Below are positions 18,738 to 29,864 of a stretch of 64,000 nt of DNA, one piece after another. This DNA is from a virus. A program made the position numbers and the translations under genes. Every line of letters starts with the position of its first letter. Positions within the stretch are counted from its first letter, which is position 1. The stretch is from the IMG/VR virus record IMGVR_UViG_3300031973_001557, positions 1-64,000 of that record; one strand, given 5' to 3'. The notes below the pieces were generated by a model, which had not been told where the DNA came from, did no database searches, and saw nothing but the letters and a program-made list of their open reading frames with translations.

Positions 18738-19139
18738 ATGGCAGCAGGTAAATATAATTTTACAATTGAACAAGGAGCTACTACTAATTTTGAAATAGCT
18801 TATAAAGATTCTAATAATAATCCTATAGATCTAACAAGCTACTCAGGAAGATTACAAATTAGATCTAATTTTGCAGATGATTCTGGAACTATTTTTTTAA
18901 CTCTTTCTTCATCTAGAAATAGTGATGGTACAGGACTAAATTTTAGTGGATCTAATAGTATAACTCCACCAACTTCAGGTAGTATAGGTATTTTTATTGC
19001 TGCATGTACTAGCTCTACCTTAACATTTAATCAAGCTTTATATGATTTAGAAATATATAGTGGTAGTAGTGAATGTCCATTTACGGTTAGACTAATTCAA
19101 GGAACAGTAAAATTAAGTAAAGAAGTAACTAGAATATAA
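18738..19139 (+). CDS. Virion fibre-attachment/adaptor protein
   Basis: IEQGAT...DLTSYSGRLQIR...YDLEI...GTVKLS pattern typical of phage structural adaptors. Confidence 0.65.
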   Translation: MAAGKYNFTIEQGATTNFEIAYKDSNNNPIDLTSYSGRLQIRSNFADDSGTIFLTLSSSRNSDGTGLNFSGSNSITPPTSGSIGIFIAACTSSTLTFNQALYDLEIYSGSSECPFTVRLIQGTVKLSKEVTRI

Positions 19140-20959
19140 TGTCTAATACAGTAAACGTAAATACTAATAATAATATAGTAACTGTTAATCAAGGGGCTAC
19201 TGAAATAATTTCAGTTTCTACACCTGGACCTAGAGGAGTTAACGGACCAGCAGGACCAGCAGGACCTACAGGAAGTATTGATTCTGGATCATTTGCTACT
19301 ACAGGTTCAAATGTGTTTATAGGAGATCAAACAATAACCGGGTCTTTATTAATATCAGGATCTTCTACTTTTACAAATATAGGTCCTGCTATATTTTCAG
19401 GATCTACTACTATAACAGGTAGTTTAAATATTACCGGATCATTAACAATATCTGGTTCAGGAGATATAATTACTAGTGAAGATACAGGATCATTTGTTAC
19501 TAATTCTCAGACTAGTTCGTTTGTAACTAACTCTCAAACAGGATCTTTTGCTACTACAGGGTCTAACTCATTTACTGGCAGTTTAGATGTAAGTGGAAGT
19601 TTAATCATAACAGGATCTATACTAATATCAGGTTCAGGAGATATTATTACGAGTAATGATACAGGTTCGTTTGTAACTAATTCTCAAACTGGGTCTTTTG
19701 TAACTAATTCTCAAACTGGGTCTTTTGCCACTACAGGCTCGAACTCATTTACTGGTAGTTTAGATATAAGTGGAAGTTTAACTATAACAGGATCATTAAC
19801 AGTTTCGGGTTCAGGAACTTTTAATAATATTGGTCCTTTTAATCAAACAGGTGAATCATCATTTATTGGTAATATAACATCATCCGGTAATATTAGTGCA
19901 AGTGGAGATATAATAGGTGATACTATTAAAACAAATACTATAGATTCTCTAGGAAGTGGTTTTGTTAGCATTGTACCCATATCAAGTAGTCAAATGAAAT
20001 TATCTGGTGTAGATGCTAACTCCGGTATATATTTTGCTAATCTTAGTGATAAACCTATTTTTCATACTTTTAATGATGTTTTAACTCTAGGCTCTCTTGT
20101 ACATCAAACACCTATCAAGTTACTATATGATGTAACTGCATCGGCAAACATAAGTGCAAGTGCAATTATACAAGCTGGAACAATTCAATCTAATGGTGTA
20201 TCAACAGCTAAAACAAGAGTAATTATTGACCCAGGAACTGGGAATGGAGCACAGTTGGAAATGTCATCAGCTGGAAATCTAGCAATAGCTACTGATGAAG
20301 GAGGTACACTAACATCTACTACTTTTCTTAGTAATAATGTTATAGCATCTAATAATATAAGTGCAAGTGGAGAAATGGCAGCCGATTCTTTTAGAATAGA
20401 AAATCGTGCATCAGGAGTTACTGCTGATTTAATAATAACAGGATCTACATTTGATGGAGATTCGAGAGATGTACAAATCATTTATCCTAGTCATGGATTA
20501 CATTTTAATAGTGATGCATCCCATAATCGCACATTAGCATTAGCAGGTCCTAATGTAGGAGTAAGAATACAACCAGATAGTAGCAAAGCAGCTTTAACTG
20601 TATCTGGTAGTATTAACTTAATAGATGGTCATATAACAGCATCTGGTAACATAAGTGCAAGCGGTGATATAATAGCTAATAAAGTAACAGCTGATGTAGT
20701 TGATACTAGCTTTGAAACATTTTTAAATTTTGAAGCCGCTACCGCATTTACATTTATTGCTCCATTTCCTATGACTATAAACTTTACAGGTTCATCTACA
20801 AGTTCAATGGATTTAGCAGGATTTGTAACAGCAAGTGCTAATACAAGTTCTTTTTCTTCTCAACAAGTTATACCAATAACATTAAATAGATTTGATAAAT
20901 TAAAAATAACTCCATCATCATCTGGTTTATTTACTCTAAGTGGTTCTAGAATAATATGA
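19139..20959 (+). CDS. Fibre shaft protein 1
   Basis: Short collagen-like GPx stretch; TGSFVTNSQ repeats; ITASGNISASGDI repeats. Confidence 0.8.
   Translation: MSNTVNVNTNNNIVTVNQGATEIISVSTPGPRGVNGPAGPAGPTGSIDSGSFATTGSNVFIGDQTITGSLLISGSSTFTNIGPAIFSGSTTITGSLNITGSLTISGSGDIITSEDTGSFVTNSQTSSFVTNSQTGSFATTGSNSFTGSLDVSGSLIITGSILISGSGDIITSNDTGSFVTNSQTGSFVTNSQTGSFATTGSNSFTGSLDISGSLTITGSLTVSGSGTFNNIGPFNQTGESSFIGNITSSGNISASGDIIGDTIKTNTIDSLGSGFVSIVPISSSQMKLSGVDANSGIYFANLSDKPIFHTFNDVLTLGSLVHQTPIKLLYDVTASANISASAIIQAGTIQSNGVSTAKTRVIIDPGTGNGAQLEMSSAGNLAIATDEGGTLTSTTFLSNNVIASNNISASGEMAADSFRIENRASGVTADLIITGSTFDGDSRDVQIIYPSHGLHFNSDASHNRTLALAGPNVGVRIQPDSSKAALTVSGSINLIDGHITASGNISASGDIIANKVTADVVDTSFETFLNFEAATAFTFIAPFPMTINFTGSSTSSMDLAGFVTASANTSSFSSQQVIPITLNRFDKLKITPSSSGLFTLSGSRII
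19410..19810 (+). repeat. Tandem 177-nt (59-aa) duplication with nested 27-nt units in the fibre gene
   Basis: TTTGCTACTACAGG at 19547 recurs as TTTGCCACTACAGG at 19724; SFVTNSQT[GS] units. Confidence 0.8.
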
Positions 20960-23007
20960 TACAATACATAAATATACCCGCACCCTCAACTGGAGGAGGA
21001 TTTGATTTAACACTATCTCAATCAGTAACTAGAAGTGTATATCTATCTGGTTCAGCTACCTTTACAGCTACTACTGATACAGCAGGAGTAACTTTAACAA
21101 CAGCTGATTGGTATGATAATGGAAAATATATAGGATCAGGATTAACTTTACCATATACATCTAGCTACCTTCTCGGTGATGTTGAAATAAAATGTGTAGC
21201 TTCTGATGGTACCTCAGCTGCATCAGGTTCATTTACTCATGAAGTAGTAGGTATAATTTATGATGATGTAAGACCTGATTGGCCTGATATTAAATCTCTT
21301 GTTAGTGACGGAGATGAAAAAATTGTAATTCAATCAGCTGTTTTTGAAACAGGATCAAACTTTTTAGGATTTAGAGTACAAGGAGCTTATACTGTAGATT
21401 GGGGTGATGGAGTAACAGAAAATTTTGCTGATGATGCTGATTGTGGTCATTTTTATACTTCATCGGATTTTCCTGCATCTAGCGGTTCTTCAAGAGGATA
21501 CAAAGTAGCAACTGCAACTGTTACTCCTCAAGGAGGTCAACAATTAACTACATTTGAATTTGGTCCATTTGATCCACCATCACCAGCTGTTGCAGGTACA
21601 GTAAGTACAGCTTTAGATATTAGATTAGCTGGTGGTAACTTTACAAACGTTAGAGTAGAACAAGATGATCATATCCCAAGACCTATGCTTGAAAGAGTAG
21701 AATTTGTTGGTGATGGAGGAACTTTTGTAAATGCCGGTTTTGCAATTGCCTCAAATCCAGCACTCCTATACTTTAGAATGCCTAATCCTAATGCAACTAA
21801 TCTACACTTAGATGCAGATTTTGCTTCTAATAATTCATTGCGTGCATGTACAATCGGTGACAGAGAATATAGACAAGATGTTTCCTCTGCTACAGGTTTA
21901 AATAGCACTTTTTCAAATAATCACTCTATGTACCATTATGATGGTCCTTCAGGTAGCTTAAGTGCATCTTCTGCTGATTCTTTACAAAGTTGTTTTGCAA
22001 ATAATTATTCTTTAAGAAATGTAGGTAATATGGAGTTTACCTCATGTACATCTAATAATGCAACTTTTCAAAATTGTAATAATTTAGTAAAAATAGGTAA
22101 TCAAACGGTTAATGAAAATGGAAGAGCTAATTCAGATGGTAAATTTGCATTTCCTAATTCAACTTCCACAGTCAATATGTTCAAAAGCTGTATTCAATTA
22201 TCCTCTGACCTATTTCCACCTAATCTAGTATTTCCATCTGTTACTCAAGCAGATTCTATGTTTCAAGGATGCTCTTCATTAGAAGTATTTAGACCTAACC
22301 CTGAATTAATACCATCTGCTATTGATATGTTAAGTTTATTCCAATCATGTCAAAAATTAACAACATTAGGACCATTAAACACCTCAGCTAATCAAAGAGC
22401 AACCACAATGTTTAGATTCTGCAATAGTTTAAAAACTATAGAATCAATGTCATTTGCAAGTGTAGGAGCAAATAGTGCTGACTTAATGTTAGATGATGCT
22501 TTCGCTTTAGTAAATACTCCTGTTTTTGATTTTAATACTGCAACGGATTTATCTGATACATTTGAAACTTCTCAAATGCTACATAATGTAGGTGCTCCTC
22601 TTAGTATGAGTATGAATAATAATACTAATTGTGATGATTTATTTAAAAATTCTACATATATTCAACATATTTATATTACAGGATCTAATAATGTAACTAA
22701 TTGGAATGAAGCTTTTAGAGGCTGTGTAAATTTAGTAAAGTTAGAAGCAAATATGAGCTATACAGGAGCTTCCTTTACTGATACATTTGTTAGAGCCGAT
22801 TCATTATCAGTAGTAGATATTCCAGGTATTTCAAATAATGTTGACTTTAGTGATTGTCATAGTATGACTAAAGAAGTATTAGATGGATTATTTCAAAGTT
22901 TAGCCACAGTATCAGGAAAAACAATAGATGTGAGTGGTACTGTAGGAGCTTCTACTTGTAATACATCAATAGCAACCAGTAAAGGTTGGACAGTTACAAC
23001 ATCTTAA
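20956..23007 (+). CDS. Adhesin-like virion protein (Ig/PKD-like domain + BspA/DUF285-type leucine-rich repeats)
   Basis: TVDWGDG; repeated MF..C.SL units; C-terminal IATSKGWTV. Confidence 0.75.
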   Translation: MIQYINIPAPSTGGGFDLTLSQSVTRSVYLSGSATFTATTDTAGVTLTTADWYDNGKYIGSGLTLPYTSSYLLGDVEIKCVASDGTSAASGSFTHEVVGIIYDDVRPDWPDIKSLVSDGDEKIVIQSAVFETGSNFLGFRVQGAYTVDWGDGVTENFADDADCGHFYTSSDFPASSGSSRGYKVATATVTPQGGQQLTTFEFGPFDPPSPAVAGTVSTALDIRLAGGNFTNVRVEQDDHIPRPMLERVEFVGDGGTFVNAGFAIASNPALLYFRMPNPNATNLHLDADFASNNSLRACTIGDREYRQDVSSATGLNSTFSNNHSMYHYDGPSGSLSASSADSLQSCFANNYSLRNVGNMEFTSCTSNNATFQNCNNLVKIGNQTVNENGRANSDGKFAFPNSTSTVNMFKSCIQLSSDLFPPNLVFPSVTQADSMFQGCSSLEVFRPNPELIPSAIDMLSLFQSCQKLTTLGPLNTSANQRATTMFRFCNSLKTIESMSFASVGANSADLMLDDAFALVNTPVFDFNTATDLSDTFETSQMLHNVGAPLSMSMNNNTNCDDLFKNSTYIQHIYITGSNNVTNWNEAFRGCVNLVKLEANMSYTGASFTDTFVRADSLSVVDIPGISNNVDFSDCHSMTKEVLDGLFQSLATVSGKTIDVSGTVGASTCNTSIATSKGWTVTTS

Positions 23008-23019
23008 AATAAAAAAATT

Positions 23020-23235
23020 ATGCCAAAGTTTTATTCAGGATCAGCTTATTATAACTACGATAGTACAGAAGACTATTGGTGGACCGGTCATACAATATAT
23101 GGACCTTACCAACAATGGGAACTAACAGTTACAAATCATGAAGATCATTCCTATCCTTTTAATGGATGGACATGGTACGATACTGCACCATCAGAATATG
23201 TTACTTGGTATAGTGCTTCTTATATAGATGAATAA
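23020..23235 (+). CDS. Small aromatic-rich fibre-associated protein
   Basis: 71 aa, YPFNGWTWYD; follows the adhesin. Confidence 0.65.
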   Translation: MPKFYSGSAYYNYDSTEDYWWTGHTIYGPYQQWELTVTNHEDHSYPFNGWTWYDTAPSEYVTWYSASYIDE

Positions 23236-23279
23236 GTAATTGATTAAAATTTAGCTAACTATTTATAAAGAAAGATAGT

Positions 23280-24431
23280 ATGGCTAACATTCCTATATGG
23301 CCTGGTTCCTCATCCTTTGCGGCCGGCGAAACACCTTTTGGATTTTACGATTTAGATCCAGACTTTCAAACTGATGCTGATAAAGTAGCTACGTTTGTAA
23401 CTCGAAGATTAGGGTATCCTTTAATGGATGTTGAGCTTCAAGAAATTAGTATTTATGCAGCTTTCGAAGAAGCTGTAACTACCTATGGTAATGAATTATA
23501 TGCTTATAAAGTAAGAGAAAATTATTTATATACTGAAGGAAATTCTACGTCTATTACAGCAAATAATAAACTAGTCTCTCCGAATATGGGTACTACTATT
23601 CGACTCTCTCAGCAATATGGAGAAGAAGCAGGTATTGGTGGAGATGTAAAATTTCACACTGGTTCAATAGATTTAGTACGAGGAAAACAATATTATAATT
23701 TAGATGATTTTGCTACAAAAGAAGGATTACAAACATATGATTTAGAAATAAAAAGAGTTTATTATGAAGCTCCTCCTGCAGTAACAAGATTTTTCGATCC
23801 TTATGCAGGTTCAGGAACTGGTATGATAAATATGTTAGATTCATTTGGATTTGGTCAATTCTCTCCTGCTATTAATTTTTTATTAATGCCAGTATCATTT
23901 GATATGCAGAGAATACAAGCTATTGAATTTAACGATCAAGTAAGAAAATCGCAATATTCTTTTAATATAGTTGGTAATGAGTTACAGATATTTCCAATAC
24001 CTAATGGATCAGTTTCTAAATTATATTTAAAATACATAAAAAAATCAGATAGAAATAATCCATATAAAAACCCACAAGGGGAAGGTGTTATTACTGATGT
24101 ATCTAAAGTACCTTATCAAAACCCTGAATATACATTAATAAATTCTATAGGTAGAAAATGGATATTTGATTATTCTTTAGCATTATGTAAGGAAATGTTA
24201 GGATATATTAGAGGAAAATATCAAGTAGTACCAATACCTAATGCTGATACTACTTTAAATCACGGTGATTTAATTACAGCAGCTACAGCAGAAAAAAATG
24301 CTCTTGTAGAAAGATTAAGAGCATATTTTGAAGAAACTTCAAGAGAAAAATTATTAGAAAGAAAAAATTTAGAAGCAGATGCTATAAATAAAGATTTAGG
24401 ATATTCACCTTACGTAATTTATATAGGATAA
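23280..24431 (+). CDS. Neck protein (T4 gp13-like)
   Basis: RRLGYPLMDVEL, KWIFDYSLALCKEMLGYIRGKY; position after the head module. Confidence 0.8.
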   Translation: MANIPIWPGSSSFAAGETPFGFYDLDPDFQTDADKVATFVTRRLGYPLMDVELQEISIYAAFEEAVTTYGNELYAYKVRENYLYTEGNSTSITANNKLVSPNMGTTIRLSQQYGEEAGIGGDVKFHTGSIDLVRGKQYYNLDDFATKEGLQTYDLEIKRVYYEAPPAVTRFFDPYAGSGTGMINMLDSFGFGQFSPAINFLLMPVSFDMQRIQAIEFNDQVRKSQYSFNIVGNELQIFPIPNGSVSKLYLKYIKKSDRNNPYKNPQGEGVITDVSKVPYQNPEYTLINSIGRKWIFDYSLALCKEMLGYIRGKYQVVPIPNADTTLNHGDLITAATAEKNALVERLRAYFEETSREKLLERKNLEADAINKDLGYSPYVIYIG

Positions 24432-24432
24432 T

Positions 24433-24948
24433 ATGGCAATATTTGGTAGAGATAGAGATGTATCATTATTTCGTAACATTAATAAAGAATTACTTAGAGA
24501 TGTTATCACACAACAGTGTGCATATTATAAGTTTAGATTAGATGAAACAAAAGTTAATATTTACGGAGAATCAGCTGGAGTAAAATATTATAATGAACCA
24601 GTATTATTAAACTGTTTAATTAATAGATCTGATCAAGAATTTACTAGTGGTGATTTTGGAGTGGATCACAATCAAAATATAGAATTTTATTTTTATAGAC
24701 AATTTTTACAAGATGCTAATTTAGTAGTACAACCTGGAGATATTATTCAATATTATGAAGATTATTTTGAAGTACATGATGTGGTAGATAATCAATTATT
24801 TGTTGGTAAAGATCCATCTTTTCCTTATAATACTAATCCATGGAATCCAGGATTAGAAAATTTTGGTCAAAATGTATCCGTAATAGCTAAAACATTTTAT
24901 ATACCTGCTGATAAAGTACAAATAACATTAGAAAGAGGAAATGCCTGA
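24433..24948 (+). CDS. Neck/head-closure protein (gp14-like)
   Basis: NIYGE...PGDII motifs; synteny. Confidence 0.7.
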   Translation: MAIFGRDRDVSLFRNINKELLRDVITQQCAYYKFRLDETKVNIYGESAGVKYYNEPVLLNCLINRSDQEFTSGDFGVDHNQNIEFYFYRQFLQDANLVVQPGDIIQYYEDYFEVHDVVDNQLFVGKDPSFPYNTNPWNPGLENFGQNVSVIAKTFYIPADKVQITLERGNA

Positions 24949-25834
24949 TTATAGAAAACCAATACCGAAAACACAAAAAGAGATATCTAAAAATCTTCAA
25001 CAACCATATAATGATGGAGAAGGAAGATTTATAGGTCAAAATCCTAATTTTCCATCTAATCCTAACGAACTTGAATCAGGTAAAAACTTTAATAGAGCGG
25101 AAAAAACATCGTTTAAAAATGATACATCTAAAATACAAACTATTAGTATTCAAGACATTGATGAAGCTATAATGTATTATTTTGAAAACGTAATTAAACC
25201 AAGAGTAATTCAAAATGGTAATACAGTTAAAGTACCAATAATATATGGAGCTCCTGAGAGATGGAAATCTATACAAAAAGATGGATTTTATAGGGATAAA
25301 AAAGGTGCTATAATGTACCCACTAATTATGTTTAAAAGAACATCGGTACAAAAAAATAAAAATTTAACTAATAAATTAGATTCTAATAATCCTAATGTAT
25401 ATACTTTTACACAAGATAATTATACTCAAAGAAATTTTTATTCAAATTTTAATGTATTAAATAATAGAATACCACAAAAAGTTAAACGTGCAATAGTAGT
25501 TCCTGACTACGTAAAGTTAGTTTATCAATGTGCAATACAAACTTACTATGTAGAACAATTAAATAAAATAATTGAAGATATTAATTATGCTTCTTATTCA
25601 TATTGGGGAGACCAAGAAAGATTTAAATTTATATCAGCTATAGATAGCTTTGAAATAGTAACAGAATTAAATACAGGTCAAGAAAGGGCTGTAAAATCAA
25701 CCTTTCAATTAACTATGGATGGTTATTTAATACCTGATAATATACAAAAAGATACTGCTTCGATAAAAAAATATTCTGATAAATCCTCAGTTACATTTAA
25801 TATGGAAACTGTTAAAAATATAAATGAAATTTAG
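24941..25834 (+). CDS. Tail terminator/sheath stabiliser (gp15-like)
   Basis: VKVPIIYGAPERW; synteny. Confidence 0.7.
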   Translation: MPDYRKPIPKTQKEISKNLQQPYNDGEGRFIGQNPNFPSNPNELESGKNFNRAEKTSFKNDTSKIQTISIQDIDEAIMYYFENVIKPRVIQNGNTVKVPIIYGAPERWKSIQKDGFYRDKKGAIMYPLIMFKRTSVQKNKNLTNKLDSNNPNVYTFTQDNYTQRNFYSNFNVLNNRIPQKVKRAIVVPDYVKLVYQCAIQTYYVEQLNKIIEDINYASYSYWGDQERFKFISAIDSFEIVTELNTGQERAVKSTFQLTMDGYLIPDNIQKDTASIKKYSDKSSVTFNMETVKNINEI

Positions 25835-25836
25835 TT

Positions 25837-26619
25837 ATGGCTCGAATAAAAGTTTCTAGACCTGCTATAATTGATACCCCTGCATCTTTTACTGATTTAA
25901 CAGCTACAGGTGATCTAACTATTTTAGGATCAGCATCATTTAGCGGATCATTTACTTTTTCAGGTAGTTTTGATGGAGGTAATGCTACTTTTAATAATAT
26001 TACAGCATCTGGTAATATAAGCGCAAGTAGTACTGGTTCATTTGCACATGTACAACTACCAGGACAAGGTAAAATAGCATTTGATAATACCAGTCCTTCA
26101 GACCAATTTATTACTGGGTATGATGATCTTATACAGATAGATGCTGATCAAAATTTAGATTTATTAGCACGCACTCATATAAAACATAATACACCATTAG
26201 TGATAAGTAGAACCAATGGAACTGTGTATAATTTTACTGGTTCTATGAATATAACTTCTAGTACCCCTGGGAGTCTTAACGCATCATTAAATGTAGAAGG
26301 ACCTATTACTTCATCTATACTAAAAGCTAATACTAGTACTCAATTAACATTAAGCTCTTCTTTTAGTACTACTTTAAATTTTAGTATTAATAGAATAATG
26401 ATAACTCATTCAGTACAACCATTAACAATGTCTATTGATTCAGATCTTGCTGTATTAGGAAATGTTATAATGACTGACATATCCGCCTCAGGTTTAGATT
26501 TACCTTCCTCAGATTTTAAAGTTTTAAATGGTACATTTGATACTACTAAAAGAAATTATGTGTATTATCATTATATAGGAAACGATACAGCATTAGTTAC
26601 AATTAATCAGGAGTCATAA
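25837..26619 (+). CDS. Fibre shaft protein 2
   Basis: ITASGNISAS repeat; rich in S/T-G-S. Confidence 0.7.
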   Translation: MARIKVSRPAIIDTPASFTDLTATGDLTILGSASFSGSFTFSGSFDGGNATFNNITASGNISASSTGSFAHVQLPGQGKIAFDNTSPSDQFITGYDDLIQIDADQNLDLLARTHIKHNTPLVISRTNGTVYNFTGSMNITSSTPGSLNASLNVEGPITSSILKANTSTQLTLSSSFSTTLNFSINRIMITHSVQPLTMSIDSDLAVLGNVIMTDISASGLDLPSSDFKVLNGTFDTTKRNYVYYHYIGNDTALVTINQES

Positions 26620-27533
26620 TGTCAATGATAGCTGCATTTTTTAGTTCAACTGCTGCAGTAGCAGGACAAACTTTTTTATTAGATCAATTTGGAGATAATA
26701 TAAGAGTAGCTTATTCTGTTAGAAAACTATCTTCTACATATTCTGGTGCTGCAATGAGAGTCCGTGAAACTGGATTTAATACTGAAACTGATATTGGATT
26801 TGACTCAAATGGAGATTTAGACACAACAGCTTTATTAGCTCATTGTGCATCTAATGGAGAAGGAAGAATAGTTACATGGTATGATCAAAGCGGTAATGGG
26901 ATAGATGTTACTCAAGGAACTGCAGACAGACAACCAGTAATAGTAACAGGTAATGCGGTAGTTACAGTTAATGGTAAACCAGCAGGCTTTAGAGATACTA
27001 CTTCACATTTTTTAGAAAGTAGTGCTAATGCACAATTAGTAAATGCATCCGATGCCTCTAATACTTCAATTGGGGTAGTAAAATATTCATCAAGTTACAG
27101 AACGTGCGCTTTAGGACAGGATAAAGCAGGAACGAGTGGAAGAGTAGGACAATTTATTCGTAATGGACATACCAATAATGTAAATAAACTAAGAGTAGTA
27201 TATTTTACAAATAATGGGATTAGTTCATTCCTTATAGATACAGCAGCTAATTCAGCATATATTGGTAATCAAATACTTCAAGTTGGGTTCAGTGAAGGAA
27301 ATAGCACCAAAACAATAGGTATTCGATATAATGGTAGTCAAGTAGTTACATCTACAACATCCGGAACTATATTTAGTGGTGCTCTGCATGTTTTTCTATT
27401 TGATAATGGTAGAAATGCTCCTTCTGATGGTTCAGATCATCATATTCAAGAAATATTATCATACGATACTCTTAAATCAGATATAGCAGATATAGAAACT
27501 AATATTAATTCATACTTTTCAATATACTCATAA
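26619..27533 (+). CDS. Lectin-like adhesin (concanavalin A / arabinofuranosidase-B-like fold)
   Basis: AYSVRKL..YSG..MRVR...DIGF...TWYDQSGNG pattern. Confidence 0.75.
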   Translation: MSMIAAFFSSTAAVAGQTFLLDQFGDNIRVAYSVRKLSSTYSGAAMRVRETGFNTETDIGFDSNGDLDTTALLAHCASNGEGRIVTWYDQSGNGIDVTQGTADRQPVIVTGNAVVTVNGKPAGFRDTTSHFLESSANAQLVNASDASNTSIGVVKYSSSYRTCALGQDKAGTSGRVGQFIRNGHTNNVNKLRVVYFTNNGISSFLIDTAANSAYIGNQILQVGFSEGNSTKTIGIRYNGSQVVTSTTSGTIFSGALHVFLFDNGRNAPSDGSDHHIQEILSYDTLKSDIADIETNINSYFSIYS

Positions 27534-27536
27534 ATT

Positions 27537-27824
27537 ATGCACATATATTACGAATATCCTAATTCATCCTCAGCCTATGAGGCATCATCTCAAATTTATG
27601 ATTTGAATACATCTTCTTTACAACCACATGGAACTTATTATGCATATAGTATTTGTACACAAACTGGAAGTGATCCGAGATGTTTAGTAATGTATACAGA
27701 TAATGAATATTTTGATACTGGTTCCGTATTTGATGGAGTATCTACTCTGACTAATCAACAAGCTATTGAACAAGGTTATTTTGTATCTGGTTCCCCTGCT
27801 TATGATGATGGAGGAATAGATTAA
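27537..27824 (+). CDS. Small fibre-associated protein
   Basis: 95 aa; follows the adhesin. Confidence 0.65.
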   Translation: MHIYYEYPNSSSAYEASSQIYDLNTSSLQPHGTYYAYSICTQTGSDPRCLVMYTDNEYFDTGSVFDGVSTLTNQQAIEQGYFVSGSPAYDDGGID

Positions 27825-27850
27825 TTTTATAACTATTTATAAATAAAGTA

Positions 27851-29158
27851 ATGGCCAAACAATTATCAAAAACTGGTATACTTGATGGACAATTAGCAAC
27901 TGCTGCACAAGTAACACAATCCATAGATGCATTAACAGGCGCTGATGGATATGATATTACAATATCAGGATCTCTAACCGTAACAGGATCTACTGATTTA
28001 AATGGTAATTTAGCTATTACAGGATTTCCAAATGTTTCAGCATCTCTTGCAGCATCTGGTGTTGGTAATGGATTTCCATTTACTGGATCAGCTGAAATAA
28101 CAGGGTCTTTAAATATAGTAGGAAATATAACAGCATCTGGTAATATAAGTTCAAGTGGAGATATATTTGCTAATGATATTACCTTAGAAGCAAATGGTAT
28201 ATCTGATAAACCTAATGTAATATTACAAAGAGGTGCTATTCAAGGAATTACTCTTGAAATGGGTAGTGGTGGTAATGATAATGGTCTTCTTCGAGTTAAT
28301 AATACTTCTGGTTTACCTATGATAAGACTTGAAGGTGGAGGTAATAGCTTCTTTTCACAATCACTTAATGTAGGTGTACCATATTCGTATCCTGAACCCG
28401 TAGGTGGTACATTTACTGTAAGAGGTACTATAAGCTCGAGTGGAGCTATTAATACATTATCAGATATAACTTCATCAGGAAATATAGTATTTGCAGGTAA
28501 TATAAGTGGTAGTGGAACTAATTCTTCATATTTTGGAGATGAATATAATGCACATGGTGGAGATGGAAATTCAGGATTTACATTATTATCTTTAGGTAAT
28601 AAACCTAGTATCTTTGCTTCAGGAACCTCTGTTTTTGTAGGTAATTCAGCTAATACTACACAAACAGGCATAAATTTAGTAGGACAAGTAACAGCATCTG
28701 GTAATATAAGTGCAAGTGGAGACATAATTGGAAATAATGGATCTTTTTCTACATCCGTAACTACTCCAGAAATTTCTGGGAATACAGAAATTACAGGTGA
28801 TCTACAAGTAGTAAATATTACTGCAACTCATATCACAGCATCAGGTCATGGATTATTTCAAGCAGGTAAACCTATTATTACACATACAACACATTTATCT
28901 GCATCCATATCTCAAGCTGGATTTTATAATATAGTAGGAGGACAATTTACATGCTCTATTACAATATCAAGTGCACCTGTAGGAGCTGAATATGAATTTT
29001 TTCAAACTTCTTCTGCTGGAAACTTTTTCTTTCATACTGGATCAGGAATTACGTTAATATCTAAAAATAATAGCTTAAGACTAGCCCAACAAGGATCATC
29101 AGCAGTACTTAAAAAAGTAGCTACTGATACTTTCCATTTAATGGGTGATTTAACATAA
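27851..29158 (+). CDS. Fibre shaft protein 3
   Basis: Several ITASGNIS repeats; C-terminal SSAVLKKVATDTFHLMGDL domain. Confidence 0.78.
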   Translation: MAKQLSKTGILDGQLATAAQVTQSIDALTGADGYDITISGSLTVTGSTDLNGNLAITGFPNVSASLAASGVGNGFPFTGSAEITGSLNIVGNITASGNISSSGDIFANDITLEANGISDKPNVILQRGAIQGITLEMGSGGNDNGLLRVNNTSGLPMIRLEGGGNSFFSQSLNVGVPYSYPEPVGGTFTVRGTISSSGAINTLSDITSSGNIVFAGNISGSGTNSSYFGDEYNAHGGDGNSGFTLLSLGNKPSIFASGTSVFVGNSANTTQTGINLVGQVTASGNISASGDIIGNNGSFSTSVTTPEISGNTEITGDLQVVNITATHITASGHGLFQAGKPIITHTTHLSASISQAGFYNIVGGQFTCSITISSAPVGAEYEFFQTSSAGNFFFHTGSGITLISKNNSLRLAQQGSSAVLKKVATDTFHLMGDLT

Positions 29159-29162
29159 TTAA

Positions 29163-29864
29163 ATGAGTAAGATAGGCGCAATAGCACAATCAGATACTTC
29201 CATTATAACTGATGGGTTAATATATAATTTGGACTTTTCCAAGTTCTCGTGCTTTCCAAGAACAGGTACTACTGTTACAGATTTAGAAGAATCATTAACT
29301 GCAACTATTGCAAATGGAGCATCATTCACTTCCAATGATTTAGGAGCTTGTGATTTTGATGCTGTAGATGATCAAATTGCTATCAATCCTCCGCCTGGCA
29401 TACTTGAATCATATCCATTATCCATTGAAGTATGGTTCAAGTCTGGAAATAACAATACAGGTATAGTTTCAAAGGGTAGGACAAGAGGAAGTGCTAGTCA
29501 AAGAGATTTAGATATAACAGGTACTGGAACTGATATAAGATTTCTAATTAGTAATGGTTCAGGATATAATTTCATACTGGATGCTACTTATCCATCTTTA
29601 AATGTATGGCATCATTTAGTATGCATGTGGGATGGAACAACAACAACAAATGGCGCAAAAATGTATTTAGATGGCTCTTTATATGCTCAAGCAACTTCAA
29701 CGGGTACAAGTTTTGCTACAGGAGATGGTATATACATAGGCGGTAACAGATCAGGTTTCTTTTTTGATGGACCGATTGCTGTGACAAGATTCTATAACAA
29801 ATCTCTTTCAGCAGATGAAGTATCCATTAATTATAATGCGTTAAAAGAAAGATTTGGGCTATGA
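29163..29864 (+). CDS. LamG/ConA-like lectin-domain adhesin
   Basis: DGLIYNLD, SIEVWFK, WHHLV, YLDG, RFYNKSLSADEV. Confidence 0.85.
   Translation: MSKIGAIAQSDTSIITDGLIYNLDFSKFSCFPRTGTTVTDLEESLTATIANGASFTSNDLGACDFDAVDDQIAINPPPGILESYPLSIEVWFKSGNNNTGIVSKGRTRGSASQRDLDITGTGTDIRFLISNGSGYNFILDATYPSLNVWHHLVCMWDGTTTTNGAKMYLDGSLYAQATSTGTSFATGDGIYIGGNRSGFFFDGPIAVTRFYNKSLSADEVSINYNALKERFGL

Noticed and set aside
15225-19810. Repeats as a possible CRISPR array or DGR template/variable pair
   Set aside because: They are in-frame coding repeats with no unique spacers, no adenine-specific mismatches and no cas or reverse transcriptase gene nearby.
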